Below, piece after piece: positions 42,597 through 55,316 of a stretch of 64,000 nucleotides of DNA (position 1 is the stretch's first letter; every line of letters begins with the position of its first letter). Made by a program: the position numbers and the translations under genes. The notes beneath the pieces are model-generated. The model was not told where the DNA came from. It saw only the letters and a list, made by a program, of their open reading frames with translations, and searched no databases. This DNA comes from Eledone cirrhosa (lineage: Eukaryota): assembly GCA_964016885.1 (NCBI GenBank), contig OZ024754.1, positions 4,960,001 to 5,024,000 of the forward strand. Direction: 5' to 3'.

Positions 42597-42600
<4 letters not shown>
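42321..42600 (-). mobile_element. (TA)n-embedded repeat with HHR 3' half
   Basis: Reverse strand ends GAAACAATTGTT-aatacttg-AAATAAAA. About 210 bp is homologous, in inverted orientation, to 48731-48940. Confidence 0.7.
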
Positions 42601-42647
<47 letters not shown>

Positions 42648-42650
<3 letters not shown>

Positions 42651-42983
42651 TTCAAGAGTAACCAATCTTAAAGAGAGAGGTGGAGATCGAAGAGGAGAAG
42701 AGAGATTCGTGAATTAGTTAGAAGCCAAAAGCGTAAAGGCATGTGCTCAATGTGCAATAAATATGCAGTGGAAGGCAGCTAGGTGGCTGGGTTAGGTGCA
42801 CAGAGCTGGAAATATTCATTAGTTAAGCAAAACAAGACCACAAATTTCACAAGGAAGACATTATTTAAAGATTGCCAACATAGTTGTAGTTTAAACTACA
42901 TTAAACTACAACTATGTTGACAATCTTTAAATAATGTCTTCCTTGTGAAATTTGTGGTCTTGTTTTGCTTAACTACTGAATAT
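42648..42983. mobile_element. (TA)n-embedded element with ~83-bp inverted repeat
   Basis: Arms 42812-42894 and 42901-42983 with two mismatches, plus a one-sided extension at 42648-42811. Confidence 0.8.
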
Positions 42984-43309
42984 ATATATAATTATAAGAA
43001 ATGAAATGAGCTGTGTAGTTAATGTAAACAAAGTTTAAGATGGTAGTATGGACGAAACAAGAGAAGAAATCCTTCATCAGCTGTAAACTGAGATCAAGAT
43101 GTCTTAGTGTTTAATACAGGACATCTAAAAGCGATCAGTGGCATGCCCAAGGCCTTATATATTTTAGATCATACTCTAGTTAATGTGGTTTTATATATAT
43201 TTAATCTAATCATGATAAATGTTTGTACTTTAGTGAAATATCCAATATACAAATCTCAGAGATTCCTTTCAAATGTTTTGCCCTTTGTCTAAAATGGAAT
43301 TGGTCTTTT

Positions 43310-43772
43310 AACATCACGACGTCTCTCCTGTTGCTTATGATGTCATAGTTTCTCTCCTGTTGCTTATGACGACACAACCTCTCTCCTGTTGCTTATGACG
43401 ACACAACCTCTCTCCTGTTGCCTATGACGACACAACCTCTCTCCTGTTGCCTATGACGACACAACCTCTCTCCTGTTGCCTATGACGACACAACCTCTCT
43501 CCTGTTGCTTAACCTTCAGTTTCTCTCCTGTTGCTTGTGACATCACAACCTCTTCCCTATTACTTATGAGATCACAACTTCTCTGTTACTTATGATGTCA
43601 CAACCTTCTCTGTTACTTATCATGTCACTGTTTCTCTCCTGTTGCTTATGTCATCGCAACCTCTTCTCGGTTGCTTATGACATCACAACTTCTCTCCTGT
43701 TGCTTATGACGACACAAACTCTCTCCTGTTGCTTATGACAATACTAACTCTCTCCTGTTGCTTATGATATCG
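43310..43772. repeat. 29-bp minisatellite (~16 copies)
   Basis: Unit tctctcctgttgcttatgacgacacaacc. Confidence 0.93.
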
Positions 43773-44087
43773 AAAATATAGACTTTCATATTCACCTGCT
43801 TTAAATAGATATATACATGAATGTTGTTACACAATTGCATGTGATGCTTTGATACTCATACATACATACAAGAATGTTAGTACACACACAATGCTTTAAT
43901 GCACATGCATACATGCATACACACACACAATCCCACATGTTGCATGTTCACTTGTTCCTTATGTCTATATGTACTTACTGCATGTAGCATGTCAGTTGCT
44001 GTGTGTGTGTGTGTGTATCAATGATAAAGTTTGCCATTGTATATCTGTGTGTATGTGAGTCAGTGATAAGACTTATCATTGAATGTA

Positions 44088-44179
<92 letters not shown>

Positions 44180-44984
44180 ATTGAAAGCATGTTTATACAC
44201 TATTTTTATATTTTTTAAAATATTTTTAAGAACTTTTTATTTAAAAAAAATATGTCATGCTTTTAATATGTTGAAAATATTGCATCATGCACACACAGAT
44301 ACACACACACATATACAGATATACACACACATGCATATACAGATACACACACGCAGTCTCTGGTTCAGTTCCACTCCATGGCTGTTTGAGCAAGTATCTT
44401 CTATATCTTCATGTTTAGCAAATCCCTGTCTCTGCCAGCTGTTAACTGTTATGCTTATTTATGTCCTGCAACTTAGCAGTTCGACAAATAGAGTTCAATA
44501 AAATAAGTAGCAGATTTGGAAGACCCCCCCTCCCTCCCTACTATGTAGTGGTTCTAGGTCCCTTATAAACAACACTGTCCCCTTTACAGCTGTTATAGGT
44601 GAACTTAGATAGGCTGTATAGCTAGGCCTAGTGTTTATCGAACTGTTCAATAGTTCTAGGTCCCTTATAAACAACAGTGTCCCCTTTACAGCTATGTTGT
44701 AGGAGTATGTGGTCAGACATTTATGGCTAGATCGAAGCTATATTTCGAAATCATGTTGTTGTTGTTGTTGTATTATAGAACACAGGTAATCCTATGAACC
44801 ACATCATATTTAGGTGTTGATTTGTTGCCACTAATTACAAAGTGAGGATGTTACACCTGTATTGTATTATATAATATTATATATGTTTATAGTTATATCA
44901 TCATCACCATCATATCATCATACATCTGTTTTCCATACTAGCATAGAAACAAATATATATATATATATGTGTGTGTGTACATAC

Positions 44985-46270
44985 ATATGGAGAGAACATC
45001 CTTTTATTGCCAGGAAACTAAAAAAAAAATCTCATATTCTTACTCCGGCTATTATTCTTTCAGGGTACCCCGCCCCCCTCCATTGCTAATTTGGTTTCAT
45101 AGATCACAGAAAGCTGTCAAATACTTGTAGAGAACATTCTCAGAATTTGAAAGAATTTATTTTATGGATCCTGGGTAATTCCACTGAACGCATTCATAGT
45201 TTACATAAAGTACACCATATGGCATTCATACCTACTTCTTTTCTAAATACCATGCATGGCCACTTTTCTTCTTCTAGCAATAGTTTTGTTTTCTTTTGTC
45301 TTAACTTGGTTCATTTTATGTCTTTTCGATTCTAGGGTTTCTTTCAACATTTGGAATTACTTCACAAATTCTTTAACAGATTCAGCTGTGGGAACTAGGT
45401 CATCGACAGTGAAAGGTTCCCATGGACAGCTGGTCTTAAAACTTTGCTGTTATGGCCTGTTGAATAATAATAAGTGAAGGCTGAGAATTGAGCCCTGGTG
45501 AACTTCTATCTACATGTTAAATTTCTCACTGAAGTCATTGCTAAGTCTGGCTTTGCTCACAGCATCTCTATACAGGCTTTGCGTGGTTCTCACATTTCAT
45601 TCATCTACACCTACTGTTCTTAGTGACCTTCAGACTACAGTACAAGATACCTTGTAAGTGGCCGTCTTCAGGTCAACTAGTGCTAGTTGTAAGGTTTCGC
45701 TCTTTGTTGAGAACTTTTCTTGCAGTTTTAACTAGAAAGAGATCCTCAATGGTACTCTCTCCATGCACAAACCTGAACCAGGAAAATGTTCTTCTAAATT
45801 CCGTCATTATGCTACAATTCTTTTGCTTACTTGGATCCACCAGTTTCATACCTCTGTAGTTGCTTCTTTCTAGGGCAGTGGTTCCCAAAGTGGGTTCCAC
45901 AGAACCTAAGGGTTCCACAGAACATAAGGGTTCTGCTAAGGAGTGTCTGGGGTTGTGTGAAAAAAAGGTAGAGGAGTATATTTATATTATGACCATATAA
46001 CTGTATTAGACTTAGGGGTGCTCCCAGAAGTTTCTGAACCCAAAAGGGTTCCACGTTTGAAAAAGTTTGGGAAACCATGTTCTATATCATCTCCATTGCC
46101 TTTGTAACAGTTGATGACAAAGGTCCCTTTCTCTACTACCTGACTATGCAGGTGTCTAGTTTGTGGACCCATGCCTGATATTTCCAGCATCTCAGCAACT
46201 ATCCCTGATGGTCTGGTTGCTATCCTTGTTTAACTCCCAATGTCTTGTACCAAGTGAAACCGTATTAGCA
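44985..46270 (-). pseudogene. Degenerate RTE-clade LINE reverse transcriptase
   Basis: Motifs in order: CYKGNGD..ALERSNYRGMKL, FVHGESTIEDLFLV, LALVDLKTA, LYRDAVSKARL, EVHQGSILS, WPCMVFRKEVGMNAIWCTLCKL, DSFC..QISNGGG. Multiple stops and frameshifts. Confidence 0.9.
45876..46079. mobile_element. hAT (Charlie-like) MITE inserted in the RTE
   Basis: TIRs cagtggttcccaaa / tttgggaaaccatg and degenerate 8-bp TSD ttctaggg / ttctatat. The RT peptide resumes across the insertion. Confidence 0.85.
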
Positions 46271-47244
46271 TTTTTTTAAAGTACAAAACAGTGTTATTAC
46301 CGCATCACATTACAAATTTAAGTCTTTAGTTTACTGTAAATATTCACAATGATCTGTCCACTAGTTAAGATAATATAAACAATTGAATTGACACCAATTT
46401 TGAAATATTTTCTGGCTATTGGAATAATCTGACAAGCTAAAATGGTTCTAGAAGAATCTAAAATAATATATACAGAATGTCCCCCCCAAAATGTATACAC
46501 ACTTTAACAATATTCTAATAAAAGTATATATACATTTTTGGGGGACACCCTGTATATTTTTCAGGTACTTTATTTAGGCAAAGAAGAAAGTGGGGTGTCA
46601 GTTTAGGTTTTTTGTAGAGGAGAGGAGTAGGGGAAAAATCAATATCGCTGTTGTATATAATTTTGAGTTCCTATATATTAGGGATGAGTTATTCCTAGGG
46701 TACACAGGGGTTAGAAATTAAGGTTCCTGGGTTTAATATTAGTTCAAGAATATAGATCATCATTATTGTCATTATACATTTTACATCTATCTTCCTAGTA
46801 TAATATATATATATATGGGGGAGGGGGGGGATATTTATATACATGTGTATATATGTGTGTGTGTATTTAATATAGTTTCCCCTTCCTTTATCCCTTTATC
46901 ATATTGACTACGACAATATTTTTTTAAGTATTATATTTTAACTGTTGATGACGAATATTTCCCATGTTGTTAAGCTTCATATTTTCTGACTTTTAACTGA
47001 AGATATATAAGATGAGGTCAACTGTACATTGTATGTGTTGCACCTGAAGACCGTGAGATACTACACTGATTGATATAATGTGGTTAGATGTCAAAAGAAA
47101 AAATAATAAAGCAGAAACGATGTTATTATATTACAGGGCTATCTTTGAAACCTCTGGCATCAGGTATACCCTGTTGGTTTGAAGGCATATTAGACAGTTT
47201 ACAGTGGAATTATATTATGGAGATTGTGATGTATAGCTTCATGT

Positions 47245-47279
<35 letters not shown>

Positions 47280-47419
47280 CAGACAATATATATATATAAA
47301 TATATATTGTCCCACCCTTGCAAGCAGGGAAAAGCGGACGTAAAATGATGATATACGTAAGCTGTAGAGTAGGCAACCCATCTAGGAGAGTTAGCACTCC
47401 GAATAAATTGGTGCGGAGT

Positions 47420-47840
47420 AGAAAAGCCCCTAAGTCCAGTAAGACGACTTCCCTACTGCTGGTGGCACAAATAAAAGCACTCGGTCCATGCTGTAACATG
47501 GAGGTAATGGTAGTAGTATTCAGCTATTAAAAACCATGCAAAACTATGGGGTGGATAGGGCCCCTGAGTCCAGTAAGACAACCTCTCTAGTGCTGGTGGC
47601 ATGAATAAAACCACCCAGTCCACGCTGTAAAATGGAGGGGTGGATAGGGCCCCTGAGTCCAGTAAGACAACCTCTCTAGCGCTGGTGGCAAGAATAAAAC
47701 CACCCAGTCCATGCTGTAAAATGGAGGGGTGGATAGAGCCCCTGAGTCCAGTAAGACAACCTCTCTAGTGCTGGTGGCATGAATAAAACCACCCAGTTCA
47801 TGCTGTAAAGTGGCGCTGGTGTTAGGAAGGGCATCCAACC
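47420..47840 (+). repeat. 89-bp tandem array inside a SINE/LINE-tail remnant
   Basis: gtggatag recurs at 47551, 47640 and 47729. The array ends in ggtgttaggaagggcatcca. Confidence 0.9.
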
Positions 47841-48182
47841 AGTGTATTAATGCCAAAACAATTATATATATATATATATATATATATCTGTATACACACA
47901 CGTTTGTGCACACTTTTTTTATAATGAGTGTGAGACTAAGAGGCATGTGTCTAGTTATTCGTAGTTTAAAAGTACACCTACCTGGACTTGGGAATACATA
48001 TCCATGTCTCTGGACTTATAATAAAAGCTGTGGCAAGTAATATTGATTAAGTATTAAGCTGATAATGAGACAAATTTAGTACCAACGTTCAATCCCCAGC
48101 TGTTATCTTGTGTGTGTGTATGTGTATGTGTGTGTGTGTGTGTATCTCATCAGCTGTTTAAGGTTATTTTCCATACTTGCAT

Positions 48183-48224
<42 letters not shown>

Positions 48225-48348
48225 GGAAAAGGAGTTGAAAATGCAACTGGAATCTTTTAAGAATACTTATTTACTTTACCACCGGTTCCACAGTTCTTAT
48301 GGTTTTCAAAAGAAAATTTCAGATGGAGGGTTTGTGTTCCTGTTGTGG

Positions 48349-48390
<42 letters not shown>

Positions 48391-48392
<2 letters not shown>

Positions 48393-48730
48393 AGGCACAT
48401 GGCTTAGTGGTTAGAGCATTGGCCTTGCAATCGAAAGGTTGTGAGTTCAATCCTCAGACCGGTTGATGTGTTGTTTCCTTGAGCAAGACACTTTATTTCA
48501 CATTGCTCCAGTTTACTCAGCTGTAGAAATGAGATGATAGGGACTGGGGTCCCTATCATTCCACTGCAAAGTGGTCGTGGAGGTGCCATGGCAAAAAAGC
48601 ACCCAGCACTCACTGTAAATGAGGTTGGTGTTAGGAAGGGCTGTAGAAATCAAGCCAGAATCAGTTCCCGTCCCACCCTTGCAAGCAGGGAAAAGTGGAC
48701 GTAAAATGAAATGAAATGAACTGAAATGAA
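48391..48730 (+). mobile_element. Full-length SINE family A
   Basis: ggaggcacatggcttagtggttagagc (A box), gagttcaatcc (B box), CORE-like block and (tgaaa)n tail. Confidence 0.9.
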
Positions 48731-48950
48731 TATAGGATAACGAATTATCGTTATAGGTAATCCAGTTCGAGGTTGAGTACTCTGTATTGTGGATAGTTTT
48801 AACGTACGGCTTTGTTTGACTCAACACGGTTTCCATAGTTAGGTAGCGAGTTCACGAGAATTCCTATGCAGGTTATTCTTGGAGTAATAAATGACACAAC
48901 TTCGAGTGATTAGCGGCCTTTAGGCTCACCACATCAATTAATTCTCCATT

Positions 48951-48994
48951 TCCAAGAACAATTGTTTCACCTTAGTCGGATCATCAGCTCAAGA
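48951..48994 (-). ncRNA. Minimal type I hammerhead ribozyme motif (HH-D)
   Basis: TCTTGAG-CTGATGA-T-CC-GACTAA-GG-T-GAAA-C-AATT-G-TT-CTTGGA. Stem III has 2 bp and a palindromic AATT loop; stem I is weak (G-U pairs, one bulge). Confidence 0.6.
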
Positions 48995-49342
48995 TTGATA
49001 AAAAAAAAGTACCAGTCCAGTACTGGGGTCAATTCTTCCTCTAATATCTCTTTCGCATTTCCTCTCTCTCTTCTTTTGTGTTCAGGTCTAGAGAGAGGAT
49101 GGACTCTACCAAATTTAAATGTTATAATAGTGTCCCCTATTACACCATACATACATGTATACATAAGGGTCCATCCATACATGTATGTGTATTTGTATAT
49201 GTGTGTGTATATATATATATATATATTTATATACACATAGATATCATACATATATAGTCAATCGACTTTTGTCAAATCGGACCGAGGAAACAATGTTTCC
49301 ATTGGTCTTTCCAGTTGCTAATACTTTCTATCGGTCGCAACT

Positions 49343-49473
49343 CCAGGTAGAAGGAGCAACGTGAAATAAAGTGTCTTGCTCAAGGACATAACGCATCGCC
49401 CGGTCCAGGAATTGAACTGACAACCTCACGATTGCGAAACGAATTCTCTAACTACTCAGCCACGTGCCTTCAC
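49343..49473 (-). mobile_element. SINE family A relative, 5' part
   Basis: tRNA-like head plus gtccttgagcaagacactttatttcac on the reverse strand. Confidence 0.8.
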
Positions 49474-49946
49474 TTCATACATATATGCAGAAATTAAGTA
49501 TATATATATATATATATATATATGTGTATATATATGTAATATTATCAAAGAATATGTTTAACTAATTGCCTCTTGCTTCAATACCTATTATTTATTATTA
49601 TTATTTTTAAAGAATATTTTAACTAATTGCGTCTTGCTTGGATACCTAACGATGTTGAGATGCTTCATAAATCTACTTTAGTGAAATGTCCAATAGCCTC
49701 CTTGAGTGTGTGTATGTCTGTGTGTGTATATATATATCTGTGTATGTATCTATGTATGTATGTGAGTGTATATATATATCTGTATGTATGTATGTATCTG
49801 TGTGTGTATATGTTTCCGTGTGTATATTTGTATATATGCATGCATGTATGTATGTATGTATGTACATATGTATGTATATATCTGTGCATGTATGTACCTA
49901 TGTAGGCATATGTATATGTATGTATGCATGTCTCTATTTAATTATG

Positions 49947-49980
<34 letters not shown>

Positions 49981-50714
49981 CATATTTATGTATGTACATG
50001 TGTATGTAAACATATGTATGTATTTATGTATGTACATATGTATGTAAACATATGCATGTATATATGTGTATGTAAATATATATATATACATGCATGTGTG
50101 TTTATATATGTAAATCTATATACATGTATATGCATGTGGGAGTAGATTGTAAAGCAGCTGCAATTATTTTGCTGTGAATGTTGCTCTCAACTCACTTCAC
50201 ATCAGCAGAAATTAAAAAAAAAAAATAAAATAAAATAAAACAATAAAATAAACCTATAAAATAAACTAAAATAAAAAAAAAAAAATCGTTAAAATTAAGG
50301 CCAGTGCTTACTTAGACGGATGACCTGTTTGGAGGAACATAGCTGAATATTAAACAGCTTCTTCTCTTATAACTGATTAATATTCCAGTGGAATAGCCAT
50401 GCAAATGTAGTAATAGTTTCATATGAGATGCTGGTTGTTCCAGTAGGTTTCCATTCTAAACAAAGAACAGGCAGTAGATTGGCAAGCAGATTTGTTTGAA
50501 CATTGGATAAAATGATTCTTGCTATTTGTTCCGGCTTTCTATCTTTTTTTTAAAAAACATTTTTTTTTTTTTACCTATTATTTTTCTATTATTTTTCTAT
50601 TATTTTTATATTCTGAGTTCAAATCCTATCTTGAGGTCGATAAAAGATAAAATGAAGTAATGAAGTACCAGAGAAATACTGGGGGAAGTCAATTGAAGCG
50701 AATAAATCATGTTT

Positions 50715-50850
50715 AAGAATACAATCGCGAATATGAGCAGGGCCGAAATGGAGTTCTTCCAAAGGGTCTTTAGAGTAACGTTACTCGACAGAGTCCGTAG
50801 ATTACTAAAATATTGCCAATAGACCTGGTTGGTGTATTGGCGCAATTGTT
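50715..50850 (+). mobile_element. RTE LINE C-terminal fragment
   Basis: Translates AEMEFFQRVFRVTLLDRVR, matching the RTE post-RT motif AEMxFLRRxxGVTLxDxVR. Confidence 0.65.
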
Positions 50851-51544
50851 AAATGTACCTGTCTTGATTAACCCTTTAACATTTAAACCGGCCATTTCCG
50901 GCCACAATTCTTGTACCTATTCCTGTTCAAACTGGCTGTAACTGGCTGCTCATACTGACATTAAGGTATTGTTCTCAATATAAATAATATCAAAATCTCA
51001 TAGATTCAATATTATGTGAGATAATTATATAAGATAAAGCCATTACCACAAAAATACAATAGTATATAGAGAGTAATGTAAACATTAAAGGGCATATTGG
51101 CAGAATCGTTAGAGCATCGGATCATATATTTTGTGATATTTGTTCTGGTTCTTAGATTTCTAAGTTCAAATCCTGTTGTGGCCTACTTAACCCTACAGCC
51201 TGGCCCTTGTGTGCTTTTTTACTGGAGTCTACTCTATTGCAAGCAATCAGATCTGAATCCATTCCAAGGTCTCAGAGACCTTGGAATGGATTCAGGCCAC
51301 AATTTTGAGGATATCTTCTGCCAGTCTCAGAGACCTTGGAAAGGGTCCTGTTCCCCTCCCAGAGTAAGCAGTCAGGAAACAAATATTTGGAAGGTTTAAT
51401 GAAATAACTAAATTTTGTAAACAATTAGGGTAAATCTTTGAAGTAATACATTTCTCATGGAACCAGTATATGGTGCTACACCGTCAGATCAAACCCAGGA
51501 CACCATGGTTCCGAATAAAGCTTCTTAACCACACAGATATGTTT

Positions 51545-52400
51545 GTAAAGTGGTTGTGTAGGTGTCACAGCAAAAATCTCCCAGTGCACAATGTAAAGTG
51601 GTCATGTAGGTGTCACAGCAAAAAACTCCCAGTGCACAATGTAAAGTGGTCATGTAGGTGTCACAACAAAAATCTCCCAGTCCACAATGTAAACTGGTCA
51701 TGTAGGTGTCACAGCAAAAAACTCCCAGTGCACAATGTAAAGTGGTCATGTAGGTGTCACAGCAAAAATCTCCCAGTGCACAATGTAAAGTGGTCATGTA
51801 GGTGTCACAGCAAAAATCTCCCAGTGCACAATGTAAACTGGTCATGTAGGTGTCACAACAAAAAACTCCCAGTGCACAATGTAAAGTGGTCATGTAGGTG
51901 TCACAGCAAAAAACTCCCAGTGCACAATGTAAAGTGGTCATGTAGGTGTCACAGCAAAAATCTCCCAGTGCACAATGTAAACTGGTCATGTAGGTGTCAC
52001 AACAAAAAACTCACAGTGCACAATGTAAACTGGTCATGTAGGTGTCACAGCAAAAAACTCCCAGTGCACAATGTAAAGTGGTCATGTAGGTGTCACAGCA
52101 AAAATCTCCCAGTGCACAATGTAAAGTGGTCATGTAGGTGTCACAACAAAAATCTCCCAGTGCACAATGTAAACTGGTCATGTAGGTGTCACAGCAAAAA
52201 ACTCCCAGTGCACAATGTAAAGTGGTCATGTAGGTGTCACAACAAAAATCTCCCAGTGCACAATGTAAAGTGGTCATGTAGGTGTCACAACAAAAATCTC
52301 CCAGTCCACAATGTAAAATGGTCGTGTAGGTGTCACAACAAAAATCTCTTAGCCCACACTGTAAAGTGTTTGTGTAGGTTTCACAACAAAAAACTCCCAG
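51545..52400 (+). repeat. 45-bp tandem array (~19 copies), SINE-derived
   Basis: Unit gtaaagtggtcatgtaggtgtcacagcaaaaaactcccagtgcacaat, with no spacers. Confidence 0.97.
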
Positions 52401-52452
52401 ACTCTGGAACTAGCTGTTGAAATGGCTAGAGCTCTGTCGCCGGGGATCCTGA

Positions 52453-52504
<52 letters not shown>

Positions 52505-52878
52505 TGTATATATATATATATATTTCACACACACACATAGTCAGATTTCTGTTTATTGATATAAACCAAGTATTATCTGTGAGATATAGTAGTTAACAGT
52601 TCTTCACTTGTCAGTAGCAGATATGTGAGTTCAATCTCTGTCAAAGGTTATCCAGGTTTTGGTTGGTTGGTTGGTTGTGGGTTTTCTTTAAGATTGCAAC
52701 ATGCACACATTCAGACACGCACAGCAGAGGGGGATGGCTATATGATACATATATATATATGTGTGTGTGTGGTGTGTATATATATATATTATATAGATAT
52801 ACATACACAATATATATTTATATATACATACACACACACACACACGTATATATATATATATATACACACTCACACACA

Positions 52879-52930
<52 letters not shown>

Positions 52931-53041
52931 CACGTATATACACACACTCACACATATATATACACACATATATATACACACATATATAGATATACACACA
53001 CATATATATATATATATATATAGATATACACACCTACATAC

Positions 53042-53139
<98 letters not shown>

Positions 53140-53183
53140 ATATATATATATATAGATATACACACACATATATATATATATAG

Positions 53184-53262
<79 letters not shown>

Positions 53263-53356
53263 AGGTTGAATTAATGGATGTAACAACCATTAGTGATAGT
53301 AAGATGATGGTTTCTGTCACCACTGTAAATCTTCATGTTCAGTCATGTTATAAATG

Positions 53357-54335
53357 CTCTCACACACCTCTCTCTACATCTCTCACACACCTCTCTCTAC
53401 ATCTCTCACACACCTCTCTCTACATCTCTCACACACCTCTCTCACACACCTCTCTCTACATCTCTCACACACCTCTCTCTACATCTCTCACACACCTCTC
53501 TCACACACCTCTCTCTACATCTCTCACACACCTCTCTCTACATCTCTCACACACCTCTCTCTACATCTCTCACACACCTCTCTCTACATCTCTCACACAC
53601 CTCTCTCTACATCTCTCACACACCTCTCTCTACATCTCTCACACATCTCTCTCTACATCTCTCACACACCTCTCTCTACATCTCTCACACACCTCTCTCT
53701 CTACATCTCTCACACACCTCTCTCTACATCTCTCACTCACCTCTCTCTCTACATCTCTCTACCACTCTCTCTCTACATCTCTCTACAACTCTCTCTACAT
53801 CTCTCACACATCTCTCTCTCTACATCTCTCACACACCTCTCTCTACATCTCTCACACACCTCTCTCTACATCTCTCACACACCTCTCTCTACATCTCTCA
53901 CACACCTCTCTCTACATCTCTCACACACCTCTCTCTACATCTCTCACACACCTCTCTCTACATCTCTCACACATCTCTCTCTCTACATCTCTCACACATC
54001 TCTCTCTCTACATCTCTCACACACCTCTCTCTACATCTCTCACACACCTCTCTCTACATCTCTCACACACCTCTCTCTACATCTCTCACACACCTCTCTC
54101 TACATCTCTCACACACCTCTCTCTACATCTCTCACACACCTCTCTCTACATCTCTCACACACCTCTCTCTACATCTCTCACACACCTCTCTCTACATCTC
54201 TCACACACCTCTCTCTACATCTCTCACACACCTCTCTCTACATCTCTCACACACCTCTCTCTACATCTCTCTACAACTCTCTCTCTCTACATCTCTCTAC
54301 CACTCTCTCTCTCTACCACTCTCTCTCTACCCCTC
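53357..54335. repeat. 23-bp CT-rich minisatellite
   Basis: Unit cacacacctctctctacatctct, about 40 copies. Confidence 0.97.
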
Positions 54336-54624
54336 TCTCTCTCTCTCTTGCTTGTTTTCTATTATGAAATGTTGTTTTTTCTTCTCTTTTCTTATCTTGT
54401 TTCACTTTCACCAACACACACACATGTACATGTGGTACTCCTGTGTGTGTGTGTATATATATATATATACGTGTGTGTGTGTGTGTGGTGTCCTAGCATG
54501 GCCACAATTTTACTGAAACCGGTAAAAGTATATATATATATAGCCATATATTCTTTTACCGATTTCAGTCATACTGTGGCCATGCTGGGGCACCACACAC
54601 ACATGAGTGTGTGTGTGTGTGAAT

Positions 54625-54655
<31 letters not shown>

Positions 54656-54699
54656 CACACATTCACACACACAGTCATATATATACATAATATTGTGTG

Positions 54700-55229
54700 T
54701 CTGTGTATATGTATATATATATATATATGTAATAATATATATATATGTAATAATATATATATATATGTAATAATAATATATATATATGTAATAATATATA
54801 TATATGTAATAATATATATATATATATATGTAATAATATATATATATATATGTAATAATATATATATATATATGTAATAATATATATATATATATGTAAT
54901 ATATATATGTAATAATATATATATATGTAATATATATATATATGTAATAATATATATATATGTAATAATATATATATATGTAATATATATATATATGTAA
55001 TATATATATATATATATGTAATAATATATATATATATGTAATATATATATATATATGTAATAATATATATATATATGTAATAATATATATATGTAATAAT
55101 ATATATATATATCTGTAACAATATATATATATATATATGTAATAATATATATATATATATATGTGTATATATATATATATGTGTATATATATATGTGTAT
55201 ATATATATATATGTGTATATATATATATG

Positions 55230-55260
<31 letters not shown>

Positions 55261-55283
55261 GTATATATATATATGTATATATA

Positions 55284-55316
<33 letters not shown>
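54700..55316. repeat. (TA)n-GTAA compound microsatellite
   Basis: Repeated gtaataa(ta)n units. Confidence 0.95.

Noticed and set aside
48391-48462. tRNA gene
   Set aside because: The A/B boxes belong to a SINE head that continues into the SINE body. There is no proper acceptor stem or T-run terminator.
51470-52420. 316-aa Cys/His-rich ORF, or a CRISPR-like array
   Set aside because: The ORF is a stop-free 45-bp tandem repeat derived from a SINE. There are no unique spacers and no cas genes, and the context is eukaryotic.
53274-54770. 498/393/337-aa ORFs
   Set aside because: All three frames are open only because the 23-bp CT-rich minisatellite lacks stop codons.
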